DNA from: an uncultured bacterium
GTDB taxonomy: Bacteria > Zixibacteria > MSB-5A5 > CAIYYT01
Length of the DNA stretch: 64,000 nt
Assembly (NCBI GenBank): GCA_963707485.1
Contig: CAVPQS010000065.1
Coordinates: 654-64,653 of the forward strand
Direction of reading: 5' to 3'
Below are positions 56,560-64,000 of this stretch, one piece after another. The first letter of the stretch is position 1. Each line of letters begins with the position of its first letter. The notes below the pieces were generated by a model, which was given only the letters and a program-made list of their open reading frames with translations, was not told where the DNA came from and did no database searches. Made by a program: the position numbers and the translations under genes.

Positions 56560-58773
56560 TTACTGCGACTGGCACGGCAGCGGCGTGCGCTCATAGAGGA
56601 AATTCACGAATGACATCAGATCGATCAGGTTAAAGCGCTGATTGCAGTCGGCATCAATTTGGCGCAGGGGCGTGACGATGGGATCGTCGCGATAAAGTAT
56701 GCGCACCATGTGCAGCAGGTCGATCAAATCAAAGACACCGTCGTTGTCGGCGTCGCCGCTGACCGACAGAGTAGCCGGCGTGATGACAAGTGGCAGCATG
56801 AGGTGCTCTTCAAGGAAGCCATACAAGTCGATTAGGATTTCAACCTGCGCGGACGGGTCGAAGGGCGTCGTCGAGTACAGTGTTACATATTGACTGGCGC
56901 CGACGCCGAGATCGAAACTCGAAGTCGAAAAGCTGATACTTTGCACTCGGGACGAAGTCAAGTTGATCGTCTGAACGAAATCGGTTAGGTTCGTAAATTC
57001 GAGCGTCAGTGATGATGGCGCCTCGCTGGAGGGTTCCGAGATTTCGATTACATCGGCGAGCTCAGTCAAGTCGGCATTCATTTGCGTGCCGTCGAGCGAA
57101 ATTGATGTTCCCGACAATTCGCCAAGCGGCTGATCGAGATTGACCGCGTACAACAAGTGCTGCGCCAAACTTGCGAGTGTCGTGCCGCCCGCACCGAAGT
57201 TCGCACCATACTCGATGTCGGTCAATATCAGCGGGTCGAGTTTGCCTTCGGAGTTTGACAGGGTACCATCATCCTCGACGTCTATATAAAAACACTCGCG
57301 CCGAGCGCCTGCGATGGTTAGCGCTATTCCGGTCGGGCCAGCAGCATCACCGGCATACTTCAACATAGAGCCATCGTGCACGAAGCGGCGAACACGCGTA
57401 TCTCCTGCTGTTCCGAAAGCGAGCTCTGCGTCCGGTTGCGTGGATGGAACGTCAAGATCAGGCAGATATCTCTCTACTACATCAATGCCGCCGCCAAGGA
57501 AGCGACCGCCCCAGTCGCGACCGAGGGCACGTGTGCCACGAACGACGACTGCGGACTCGCCGGAAATCTTGACTACAGGATTAAGCGTTTCGTTCTGCTG
57601 GAGAGATCGCAACATCTGCACGGTTTCAAGAAATCGACTAACGCCGTTTTTCGTCGAGGTCCCCTGCGCTACCACGAGCGCGGCCCTGAGCACGATGCTG
57701 TCGCCCGGTTCAAGATTGACGGGTAGAGTATTCAACAAGAAGCGGTAGTCGCGCGAGAGTTCGTTGATCCAGCCGGCGCCGGCTTCGGGGTCGCCATCGA
57801 AAGGAAATGTCGTCGGAAAAGTCGTTATCGGGTTGAAGTATGGCTGGCCATTGGGGCGCAATCCGCGGATAAGATTGAGGACCTCGGTCAAAGTATCGAC
57901 TCGGACGCACTCAGGAAATAGGAACGAGCAAGGATAATAGTAGTTCATCGAGGCGGCGAGCGTGGTCAGAAACGTCATACCCACGACCGGCGGAAACTTG
58001 CCGTACTCCGAATCGAAGTCGGCTTCGTCGTAAACGTAGGCGCATTGCAGATCAGCGCGCGAGCCGATGCGATCGTTCCGGTTGAAGCCAATGTCGGGAT
58101 CAACATAAGTCGAGACGATGCAGGAATCGATCGGGCCGTCGCCGCGATTGGTAATCGTGTAATCCATAATTACGACCTGGGCGAGCATGGTGTCGAACAA
58201 CTGGTAGTCATTGTCCCAAGTGTGCGCGAAAAGTTTGACTTCGACATCAAGCGGAAGCGTCCCGGCAAATCCGTCGAAGACATGCTGGGAGGAGTCGGCG
58301 TCGTTGAACATGGTGTAGAGGACCTGGGAGCCTTTGATCAGCGGGCGTCCGAGGGCGTCGACCGGCGCGCCGTCCGAAGCGGGCCAATTGCGATAATCGT
58401 CGCTGACGAGATAGTTCTCGCCGCGCGTGATTTTGTATGGTCGAAATGTTGTGTCGGCGGGGAGACCGTTGGATCCAATCGGGCCGGGTGAAAATTCACT
58501 GTCATCGCCCGAAATCGTGAGCCGCCATTCGCCGTCTTTCTTCCCCGCGACCCAGATTCCGCCGCCGCCCATTAATCCTCTGAAGGAGTCGCGCGGATAA
58601 TACAGCCCGGCAAAACCGTTGCGGGTGGTTTCGAAATCGATGCCGAAACTGCCGGTGTTGAGGATGAAGAATGCGAGCGCGCCGTCGTCGATGACTTTGG
58701 CTTGCGGATAGACGGCAAGGGCGGATGCGCACAGAAGCAGCGTGGCAAGGATGGCGATTAGGAGATTCCTCAT
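56560..58773 (-). CDS. Large secreted protein (737 aa), paralog of the T9SS-CTD protein at 4450..7515, with C-terminal tandem dockerin-like module
   Basis: Signal peptide. The N-terminal ~300 aa are homologous to the 1021-aa protein (see 4450..7515). C-terminus GDADNDGVFDLIDLLHMVRILYRDDPIV...DADCNQRFNLIDLMSFVNFLYERTPLPCQSQ. Confidence 0.75.
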   Translation of the reverse strand: MRNLLIAILATLLLCASALAVYPQAKVIDDGALAFFILNTGSFGIDFETTRNGFAGLYYPRDSFRGLMGGGGIWVAGKKDGEWRLTISGDDSEFSPGPIGSNGLPADTTFRPYKITRGENYLVSDDYRNWPASDGAPVDALGRPLIKGSQVLYTMFNDADSSQHVFDGFAGTLPLDVEVKLFAHTWDNDYQLFDTMLAQVVIMDYTITNRGDGPIDSCIVSTYVDPDIGFNRNDRIGSRADLQCAYVYDEADFDSEYGKFPPVVGMTFLTTLAASMNYYYPCSFLFPECVRVDTLTEVLNLIRGLRPNGQPYFNPITTFPTTFPFDGDPEAGAGWINELSRDYRFLLNTLPVNLEPGDSIVLRAALVVAQGTSTKNGVSRFLETVQMLRSLQQNETLNPVVKISGESAVVVRGTRALGRDWGGRFLGGGIDVVERYLPDLDVPSTQPDAELAFGTAGDTRVRRFVHDGSMLKYAGDAAGPTGIALTIAGARRECFYIDVEDDGTLSNSEGKLDPLILTDIEYGANFGAGGTTLASLAQHLLYAVNLDQPLGELSGTSISLDGTQMNADLTELADVIEISEPSSEAPSSLTLEFTNLTDFVQTINLTSSRVQSISFSTSSFDLGVGASQYVTLYSTTPFDPSAQVEILIDLYGFLEEHLMLPLVITPATLSVSGDADNDGVFDLIDLLHMVRILYRDDPIVTPLRQIDADCNQRFNLIDLMSFVNFLYERTPLPCQSQ

Positions 58774-58837
58774 TACGAAGGAATATACGTCTCAGCCGTA
58801 AGGATGCAAAATGTTGATTTGAAGAAGAAAGATGATC

Positions 58838-61800
58838 TTACTTGAGCAGGACCAGTTTGCTGACCAGGGAAATGCCGCCCGCTTGCAAGCGTACGAAGTA
58901 AATGCCGGTGCCGAGCGTGCGTCCGAAATTGTCGTCGCCGTCCCAGGTGGCATAATACGATCCGACGCGCTGATTGCCGGAGAAGATCGTTTTGACCTGC
59001 TGGCCAAGGATGTTGAGTATTTCGAGAGAGACTTCGCCGGAATTGGCAAGGCTGTATGGAATCGCAGTTGAAATGTTGAACGGATTCGGAAAATTCTGTT
59101 CGAGCTTGTATTCACTCGGCAAAACCGGGCTATCGACCGGATAGACGGGCGTCGCAGCGCCGACGGCGATTGATCCGCCCAGACTGTGCGCTGCAAAAGT
59201 CATCAGAGTCGAATCACACACTGTCGCGGACGGACTGATGGTGCATTCGCCTTCGATGGCGGAATCCTGCACGGTCAGGTAGACATAGGCGATTGGTCCG
59301 GCGCCGACGGGAATCGCGAGCGATTCATTTTGCGACTCGATAGCAACCTCGGTGGCGCCGAGAGTTTGCGATGAAATGATGCTGAAATCGAGTTTGCCCA
59401 TGGCGCGTCCTGCGGCAGTAACGGAATCGACGCGAAGAGCGGCATCGTCAAATTGCAGGGCGATGGCCATGCTGTCGACGGGAACAAAATTGTGGAGGGC
59501 AATTTCCATTTCAGTGGCGCTGCCGGGAATGGCGTTGCCGGATGATAGACTTAGTGTATCGACGGGGACTACGTTCAAGGTTATCGGCAGCAAGAACGGC
59601 GAATTCCCTGCCTGAGCGGAGGTAATGGTCAATTGGCCGGTGTATTCCCCGGCGGCAAGTGATGTCGCATCGACAATAACTTGCGCTGTTGTGCTGTCGC
59701 CGCCATTGGCGGGATTGATCGAGAGCCACGGTTGATTTGCAACCGCCGTCCAGTTCAGGCCGTCGGCGCCGCAGTTGTTGATTATGACATCTATGGTGTC
59801 GAAGTCCGCGATGCCGCTGCGCGAGATCGCATTCAGAATTAACGGTGAAGTACAGATCGCCGGTGGCGGTGGAGTTACGCTTGCATGAACAGTCAAGTTT
59901 TTGGGCGAATTGTAGGCGTTGGGATCGGAGATCGACAACGTGGTGTAATGTTCGCCTTTGGTGAGAATTCCGGGTTGAATGCCGATGTTGACGACCGCGT
60001 CGCCGAAGCCATCTTCGGTATCGATTGTAACCCAGATCGCGTCGGCGGCAATGAGCCAGTCGATTGTTCCGGCGCCGGTGTTGAAAATCACGAGTTCTTG
60101 AGTGGCAATCGTCGAGGCATTGGCCGCAAAACTAAAATGCACAGTATCGGGATCGACGGAAATCATCGGAACATCGGTGGAGTGCGACAGATTAACGGTA
60201 AATTGTTGCGGCGAATTGACCGCTTGCGGCGAGGTAATGCTCAAGTTTGCCGTGTAGTCACCGGTGCCGGGGAGCGAATCGGGGTAGAAAATCAAGTCAA
60301 TTGCCGATGGCGCAGCTCCTGAGAGCTGCGACAGTCCCAGCCAATTCGGCTTGCCGGTAATTGTCCAGTCTACCGTGCCTGAGCCGGAATTCTCAATCAT
60401 GAAATATTTGTCATCCGGCGGCGGTGTTCCGAGTTGCGTCTCGACGGATACCGAGCCGGGCGTGATTTTCAACGTCGGCGCGGTGATTGTCAAAGCGACA
60501 ACCGCTGTGCGCGAGGAATCCTTGCCGGTCGCATCAGCGATCGTGATTCTGCCGGAGTATTCGCCGTACGCGAGTCCGGCTATATTGACAGAGACAATCG
60601 CCGTCGTCGGCGCAGCGCCGGAAGTCGGCGTTACCGAGAGCCAGGCCTGATTATCGGTTGCGGTCCAGTTGAGAATGCCGTAGCCGGTGTTGTTGATGAG
60701 CAAACTTTGCGAGGCGGGATTGCTGCCGCCGAGTTGCGCGTTGAACTGAAACGAATTCGGCGAAATGACAATAGCGGGCGCACCGTACTCGGTGATGCGC
60801 GCGAAGACATCGAAGCTGCCGTTGCGGTCGTCAGTCCACGTGTAGTAGATGTTGATGCCATCCATCGTGACATTCGGAAATGACTGCGTGCTTGTGGTCG
60901 CATCGGTGTTGACGCGGTAATTGCCGCCGAGGATGTTGCCGTCGGCTTTGAAATACTGCGCGAAAATATCGTTGTTCCCCTGCCGGTCATCGCGCCAGGC
61001 GGTGATGAAATTGCCGAAATAATCCATGCCGACCACGACCTCGGCTTGCGAGCCGTTGGCGCCGTCGCTGTTGATGCGATAGTTCGCGCTGCGGCTGTCG
61101 CCGTTCGCCCAATAGTTGCGGCCATAAACGTCGGCATTATTCGGATAGTTACCGTTGCGATAATCGATCCAGACGACGGTGAAATTACCGGCGTAATCGC
61201 AGGCGACATCGGGGACGACACATTTGTTGCCGGTAAGATTGTCGCTGATCAGAAAATTCGTGTTTTGCGCGACGCCGGAGGCGTTGTAGCGCTGGCCCAT
61301 AATCAAGTCGAGCCCCTGCCGGTTGTCGTACCAGACCACGACGAAATCGCCGTCGCCATCGACTGCAACTTTGGGGTTGTGTTGATAGGCGGCGCCCGCG
61401 TCATCGTTGATGCGGAAATTCACGCCGAGTTTGGCGCCGGATTTATGATAGCGCTGTCCGTAGACATCGTAATTGCCGTTGCGGTTGTCCTCCCAGACGA
61501 GGACGTAGTTGCCGAAATCATCGGCGTCGATATCCTGCCAGCCTTGTGTTTCCACGCCAAAATCGTCGTTGATTTTGGTATTCGCTGCGGCTGCCGAGCC
61601 GTCGGCATTGTAACGCTGGCCGTAGATGTCGGCATTGAAGGGATAGCCGGTGACGCGGTAGTCCTGCCACGCGACGACGAATTTGCCGAGTTGGTCTTTC
61701 ATCATCGAGGGGCGGAATTGTTCGTTGCCGATCGGGTCGTCGTTGACGCGGCGGTTTGTTCCCTGCCGCGTGCCGAGCCGGTCGAAAAGCTGGATGTAAA

Positions 61801-62005
61801 TATCATTATCGCCGTTGCGTTTGTCGTACCAGCAGACGACGAAGTTGCCCTCGAGGTCGGTGGCGATATTGGAGTAGCCCTGATAGCTCATTCCGAAGTC
61901 GTCGTTGACGCGGAAGTCCGGGACATTGCCGGCGTCCGAGTCAAGGAACCAGAGAATGCAGGTCAGGAAAAAGCAGAGTAATGCCAAACGCGCTTTCATG
62001 CGCAT
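58838..62005 (-). CDS. T9SS-sorted surface protein: 7-bladed beta-propeller repeat + 4 Ig-like (BACON-like) domains + cohesin-like module + Por_Secre_tail CTD
   Basis: Signal peptide. Seven ~50-aa repeats (RxNDD...GNFVVVWxDxRNGNxD(I/V)YGQRY). Repeated ~100-aa Ig-like domains (NTGxGxLxWT). A ~145-aa segment AIPGSATEMEIALHNFVPVDSMAIALQFDDAALRVDSV...GAGPIAYVYLTVQ fits the cohesin pattern. Canonical T9SS CTD: LEQNFPNPFN...LEILNILGQQV...WDGDD...GIYFVRL...KLVLLK. Confidence 0.8.
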   Translation of the reverse strand: MRMKARLALLCFFLTCILWFLDSDAGNVPDFRVNDDFGMSYQGYSNIATDLEGNFVVCWYDKRNGDNDIYIQLFDRLGTRQGTNRRVNDDPIGNEQFRPSMMKDQLGKFVVAWQDYRVTGYPFNADIYGQRYNADGSAAAANTKINDDFGVETQGWQDIDADDFGNYVLVWEDNRNGNYDVYGQRYHKSGAKLGVNFRINDDAGAAYQHNPKVAVDGDGDFVVVWYDNRQGLDLIMGQRYNASGVAQNTNFLISDNLTGNKCVVPDVACDYAGNFTVVWIDYRNGNYPNNADVYGRNYWANGDSRSANYRINSDGANGSQAEVVVGMDYFGNFITAWRDDRQGNNDIFAQYFKADGNILGGNYRVNTDATTSTQSFPNVTMDGINIYYTWTDDRNGSFDVFARITEYGAPAIVISPNSFQFNAQLGGSNPASQSLLINNTGYGILNWTATDNQAWLSVTPTSGAAPTTAIVSVNIAGLAYGEYSGRITIADATGKDSSRTAVVALTITAPTLKITPGSVSVETQLGTPPPDDKYFMIENSGSGTVDWTITGKPNWLGLSQLSGAAPSAIDLIFYPDSLPGTGDYTANLSITSPQAVNSPQQFTVNLSHSTDVPMISVDPDTVHFSFAANASTIATQELVIFNTGAGTIDWLIAADAIWVTIDTEDGFGDAVVNIGIQPGILTKGEHYTTLSISDPNAYNSPKNLTVHASVTPPPPAICTSPLILNAISRSGIADFDTIDVIINNCGADGLNWTAVANQPWLSINPANGGDSTTAQVIVDATSLAAGEYTGQLTITSAQAGNSPFLLPITLNVVPVDTLSLSSGNAIPGSATEMEIALHNFVPVDSMAIALQFDDAALRVDSVTAAGRAMGKLDFSIISSQTLGATEVAIESQNESLAIPVGAGPIAYVYLTVQDSAIEGECTISPSATVCDSTLMTFAAHSLGGSIAVGAATPVYPVDSPVLPSEYKLEQNFPNPFNISTAIPYSLANSGEVSLEILNILGQQVKTIFSGNQRVGSYYATWDGDDNFGRTLGTGIYFVRLQAGGISLVSKLVLLK

Positions 62006-62175
62006 GACACCTGTTCAAATTTTGTGCCGGAATTTTCAAGTGCTTGTGCGAGTGCTAAGTAGCGATTTTCGCGAAGCTCTGAGTTTGGTCAAAATGGGAA
62101 TAAAGTTCCGGGGGAGGGGGAAGGAATGGGGTAGAGACGAAATTAAGTCGAGCCAAGTAATCTATTGCCCAAACT

Positions 62176-62922
62176 TTGTACCCCACCCAACGGGTGGGTT
62201 TGGTCATCGAAGCGGCAAGTCTTGGTCCTTGGTCCGGCTTCCCGAAACGGCAGAATTGTCTCCTGCGGATAAATCAATCTCCAGCAATGTGTCGGGTATT
62301 TCCAGATAGTATTTGTAGCTCGACCACTTCCAATTTTCCGGCGATCCAACCAGTTTTCTCTTTACAGGATTCATGTGACAATAGTTAACCTTGCGCCAAA
62401 CTTGATTTTCAGTCCTACAGTTGTGGTCAAAACACCGCCTCAGCCAAAGGGCAATGCGTTTTTGTCCATCCCTGACAACTTCCAAATTCCGGATGAGATC
62501 AGAGTGCGATGCCCTTAGTTTCTCTACTATCTGCACCGCGATGCGTCGCTTAAGTTCGCCGATTTCGGGGCCGAGTTTCATCAATTTCCGCGGAACAATA
62601 ACTAAGTGCACATGCTCGGGCATGATCACATATGACAATAAGCGCGCCTGCGATTCTTGACAAAAACGCACGATTTCATCCAAGACTATTTGGCGGAAAA
62701 CATCATTCGTGAGTATTGGTACCTTTTTGTGCGTGCAAAAAGTCACGAATCGAGCGCGGCCATCATGGTCGTAGTGTTTGAGATGCATACTACAAATTGC
62801 GCTTTGGATGCGAATGAAGGCAATCACATTTTTAGCGGTGAATTTTACATCTGCTCACTGCTTCATCGTTATTTGAGATATGCCGATTCGATCGCTAGGC
62901 CCACCCGTTGGGTGGGGTACAA
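62176..62922. mobile_element. REP-flanked RAYT unit: perfect 23-nt inverted repeats (each an internal hairpin) bracketing a tyrosine transposase gene
   Basis: Left ttgtaccccacccaacgggtggg (62176-62198). Right cccacccgttgggtggggtacaa (62900-62922), its exact reverse complement. Each contains the CCCACCC-N3-GGGTGGG hairpin. Additional direct repeats GTTCCGGGG(G/A)AGGGGGAAGGA(A)TG at 62105-62131 and 62923-62946. Confidence 0.65.
62204..62788 (-). CDS. REP-associated tyrosine transposase (RAYT; IS200/Y1-HuH transposase-like)
   Basis: HuH motif YVIMPEHVHLVIV; C-terminal RAYT signature FDHNCRTENQVWRKVNYCHMNPVKRKLVGSPENWKWSSY (catalytic Tyr). Lower GC than the surroundings. The start (Met1 or Met14) is uncertain. 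Confidence 0.75.
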   Translation of the reverse strand: MHLKHYDHDGRARFVTFCTHKKVPILTNDVFRQIVLDEIVRFCQESQARLLSYVIMPEHVHLVIVPRKLMKLGPEIGELKRRIAVQIVEKLRASHSDLIRNLEVVRDGQKRIALWLRRCFDHNCRTENQVWRKVNYCHMNPVKRKLVGSPENWKWSSYKYYLEIPDTLLEIDLSAGDNSAVSGSRTKDQDLPLR

Positions 62923-63071
62923 GGTTCCGGGGAAGGGGGAAGGATGTTAGCTCAACGCTGAAGACGAGTGCATCCTTGACTTGCTTATGCAATTGTCAAT
63001 ATTAGACGGGAATATGTCAACTTGAGGCATCTAATCAAAATAGTCTGGTCCAATTAGAAACCGAGGACGCC

Positions 63072-63446
63072 ATGGGATTAAGAGATCGCGCTGAAATAGT
63101 CGCGTTCAAAAATGCCGCCGAACAATTCTGCACTATCATTGAGTCGGAGCCGGTGGAGATCCGCAGTTGGGGCGAAGAAGTGGTTCTATCACTATCAATG
63201 CTGTACGCCTATGGGGGACTGCTACCACCTGAGAGTGACTTTCCGGAGGACTTTCCCGATCTGCCTGACGAGTCCGAACTTTCGCATGACGAGTGGTCGA
63301 AGGTTTTCAACAAGATCGCGCTTTACTTGCATCCACAGCGAAGCGATTGGAAATGTCACATTTGCCCGGACAACGCAGAACCACATGATATTAGTGGCAT
63401 ACTCGCTGACAACCTGGCCGGCATCTATCGCGCTTTGAGGAGTTAA
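63072..63446 (+). CDS. Hypothetical acidic protein
   Basis: 124 aa ORF with no recognised motif; ends 4 nt before the IS256-like left end. Confidence 0.4.
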   Translation: MGLRDRAEIVAFKNAAEQFCTIIESEPVEIRSWGEEVVLSLSMLYAYGGLLPPESDFPEDFPDLPDESELSHDEWSKVFNKIALYLHPQRSDWKCHICPDNAEPHDISGILADNLAGIYRALRS

Positions 63447-63449
63447 TTC

Positions 63450-64000
63450 CAAAAGTTGTGTAAAAGGCAAAAAAGTAGCGTAGCCTTTTCTAAACAACAG
63501 TTCCGGCAAGAGGCCTTGAGGAGAGGCTTCTTCAAGAAAGGATACGCCGATGTCAAAGTATGAGAAGTTGAATGTATCGACAAGTGAAAAGCTTGCCGGG
63601 GAGGCGTCCGGATTGAGTCTTGATCTGGATGAGATTGCTCGAAAGGGCGCCTTGCGGATGTTAAGCGAGGTCTTGGAGGCTGAGGTTGAGGAGTTTTTGG
63701 GTCGCAAGCGTCATGAGCGGTTGGGCGCCGGTCACAGTCGCGGCGGCGAGGTGTTCAAAGGCTATCGCAATGGTTATGGCCAGGAACGGCAGGTGACCTT
63801 GGGTAGCGGAACCTTGGCGATTAAGGCGCCGCGGGTGCGAGAGACGAATGAGAAGTTCGAGTCGCAAGTTCTACATTCTTACCAGAAGCAATCCTCTCAA
63901 GTCAAAGCTTTGATTCCCGAACTGTATGTTCAAGGGCTGGCGCATGGGGACTTTGAGCCGGCCTTAAGGGGACTTTTGGGAGAAGCGGCCGGCCTGTCGC
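63450..64000 (+). mobile_element. IS256-family insertion sequence, partial (left end and N-terminus of transposase; truncated by the window end)
   Basis: Left-end sequence agttgtgtaaaaggcaaaaaagt resembles the IS256 IRL core (TGTGTAAAAG). ORF from ATG 63550 (AAAGGA Shine-Dalgarno) encodes MSKYEKLNV...EEFLGRKRHERL...GYRNGYGQERQVTLGSGTLAIKAPRVRE...VLHSYQKQSSQVKALIPELYVQGLAHGDFEPALRGLLGEAAGLS, typical of mutator/IS256 transposase N-termini. Confidence 0.75.

Noticed and set aside
62033-62050. Possible sigma54 promoter cGGCACaaaatTTGAa upstream of the 1055-aa gene (minus strand)
   Set aside because: The -12 element has TTGA instead of the near-invariant TTGC. The element would sit only ~18 nt from the ATG, leaving essentially no leader. 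Judged a chance match.
1-64000. tRNA/rRNA genes and CRISPR arrays
   Set aside because: All intergenic regions longer than 80 nt were inspected by eye. No T-loop (GGTTCGAATCC-like) or cloverleaf candidates were found, no rRNA-like segments, and no regularly spaced direct repeats with unique spacers.

Overview
This is a 64 kb window of high-GC bacterial chromosome, about 90% coding, with most genes on the minus strand. The core content is cell-envelope and housekeeping genes, and one region at 3.4-10.4 kb and two at 18.4-23.8 kb and 55.8-62.0 kb are the interesting accessory parts.

Core genes, in order along the window:
- A murein-peptide recycling operon: NlpC/P60 endopeptidase, LD-carboxypeptidase, L-Ala-D/L-Glu epimerase.
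- lipB, a 2-oxoacid dehydrogenase E2 gene, nadA, and a sigma54-dependent response regulator with no adjacent kinase.
- A split transketolase, coaE, polA, nadD, bamD, a lytic transglycosylase, rimO, lolA, ftsK and an LptD-like protein.
- A fumarylacetoacetate hydrolase (FAH), a histone deacetylase (HDAC)-like protein, a MATE efflux transporter, a divergent EPSP synthase-like gene, argS, an MFS transporter, dapF, an aminotransferase and dinB.

The unusual content is a set of large secreted proteins that point to type IX secretion (T9SS):
- A PorV-like outer-membrane barrel sits next to a 1021-aa protein with a T9SS C-terminal sorting domain (CTD), downstream of a TonB-dependent receptor.
- A 1055-aa protein has a 7-bladed propeller repeat, Ig-like domains, a cohesin-like module and a canonical T9SS CTD.
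- Three other secreted proteins (a BNR/Asp-box protein, an M1 metallopeptidase and a 737-aa paralog of the 1021-aa protein) end in a two-repeat dockerin-like module of the form D-x-D-x-DG...LxxxLY..GPxP-C.
- Together these suggest a cellulosome-like cohesin-dockerin display system anchored through T9SS. I consider this the most novel candidate in the window.

Mobile and selfish elements:
- A type II restriction-modification cassette is inserted between lipB and the E2 gene.
- A REP-associated tyrosine transposase (RAYT) is flanked by perfect 23-nt inverted REP hairpins.
- A partial IS256-family element runs off the end of the window.
- A dispersed MITE-like palindromic repeat family has several copies.

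No tRNA, rRNA or CRISPR was found. T9SS, CarbD-type TonB receptors and the gene order suggest an FCB-superphylum lineage. I cannot assign taxonomy from sequence alone.
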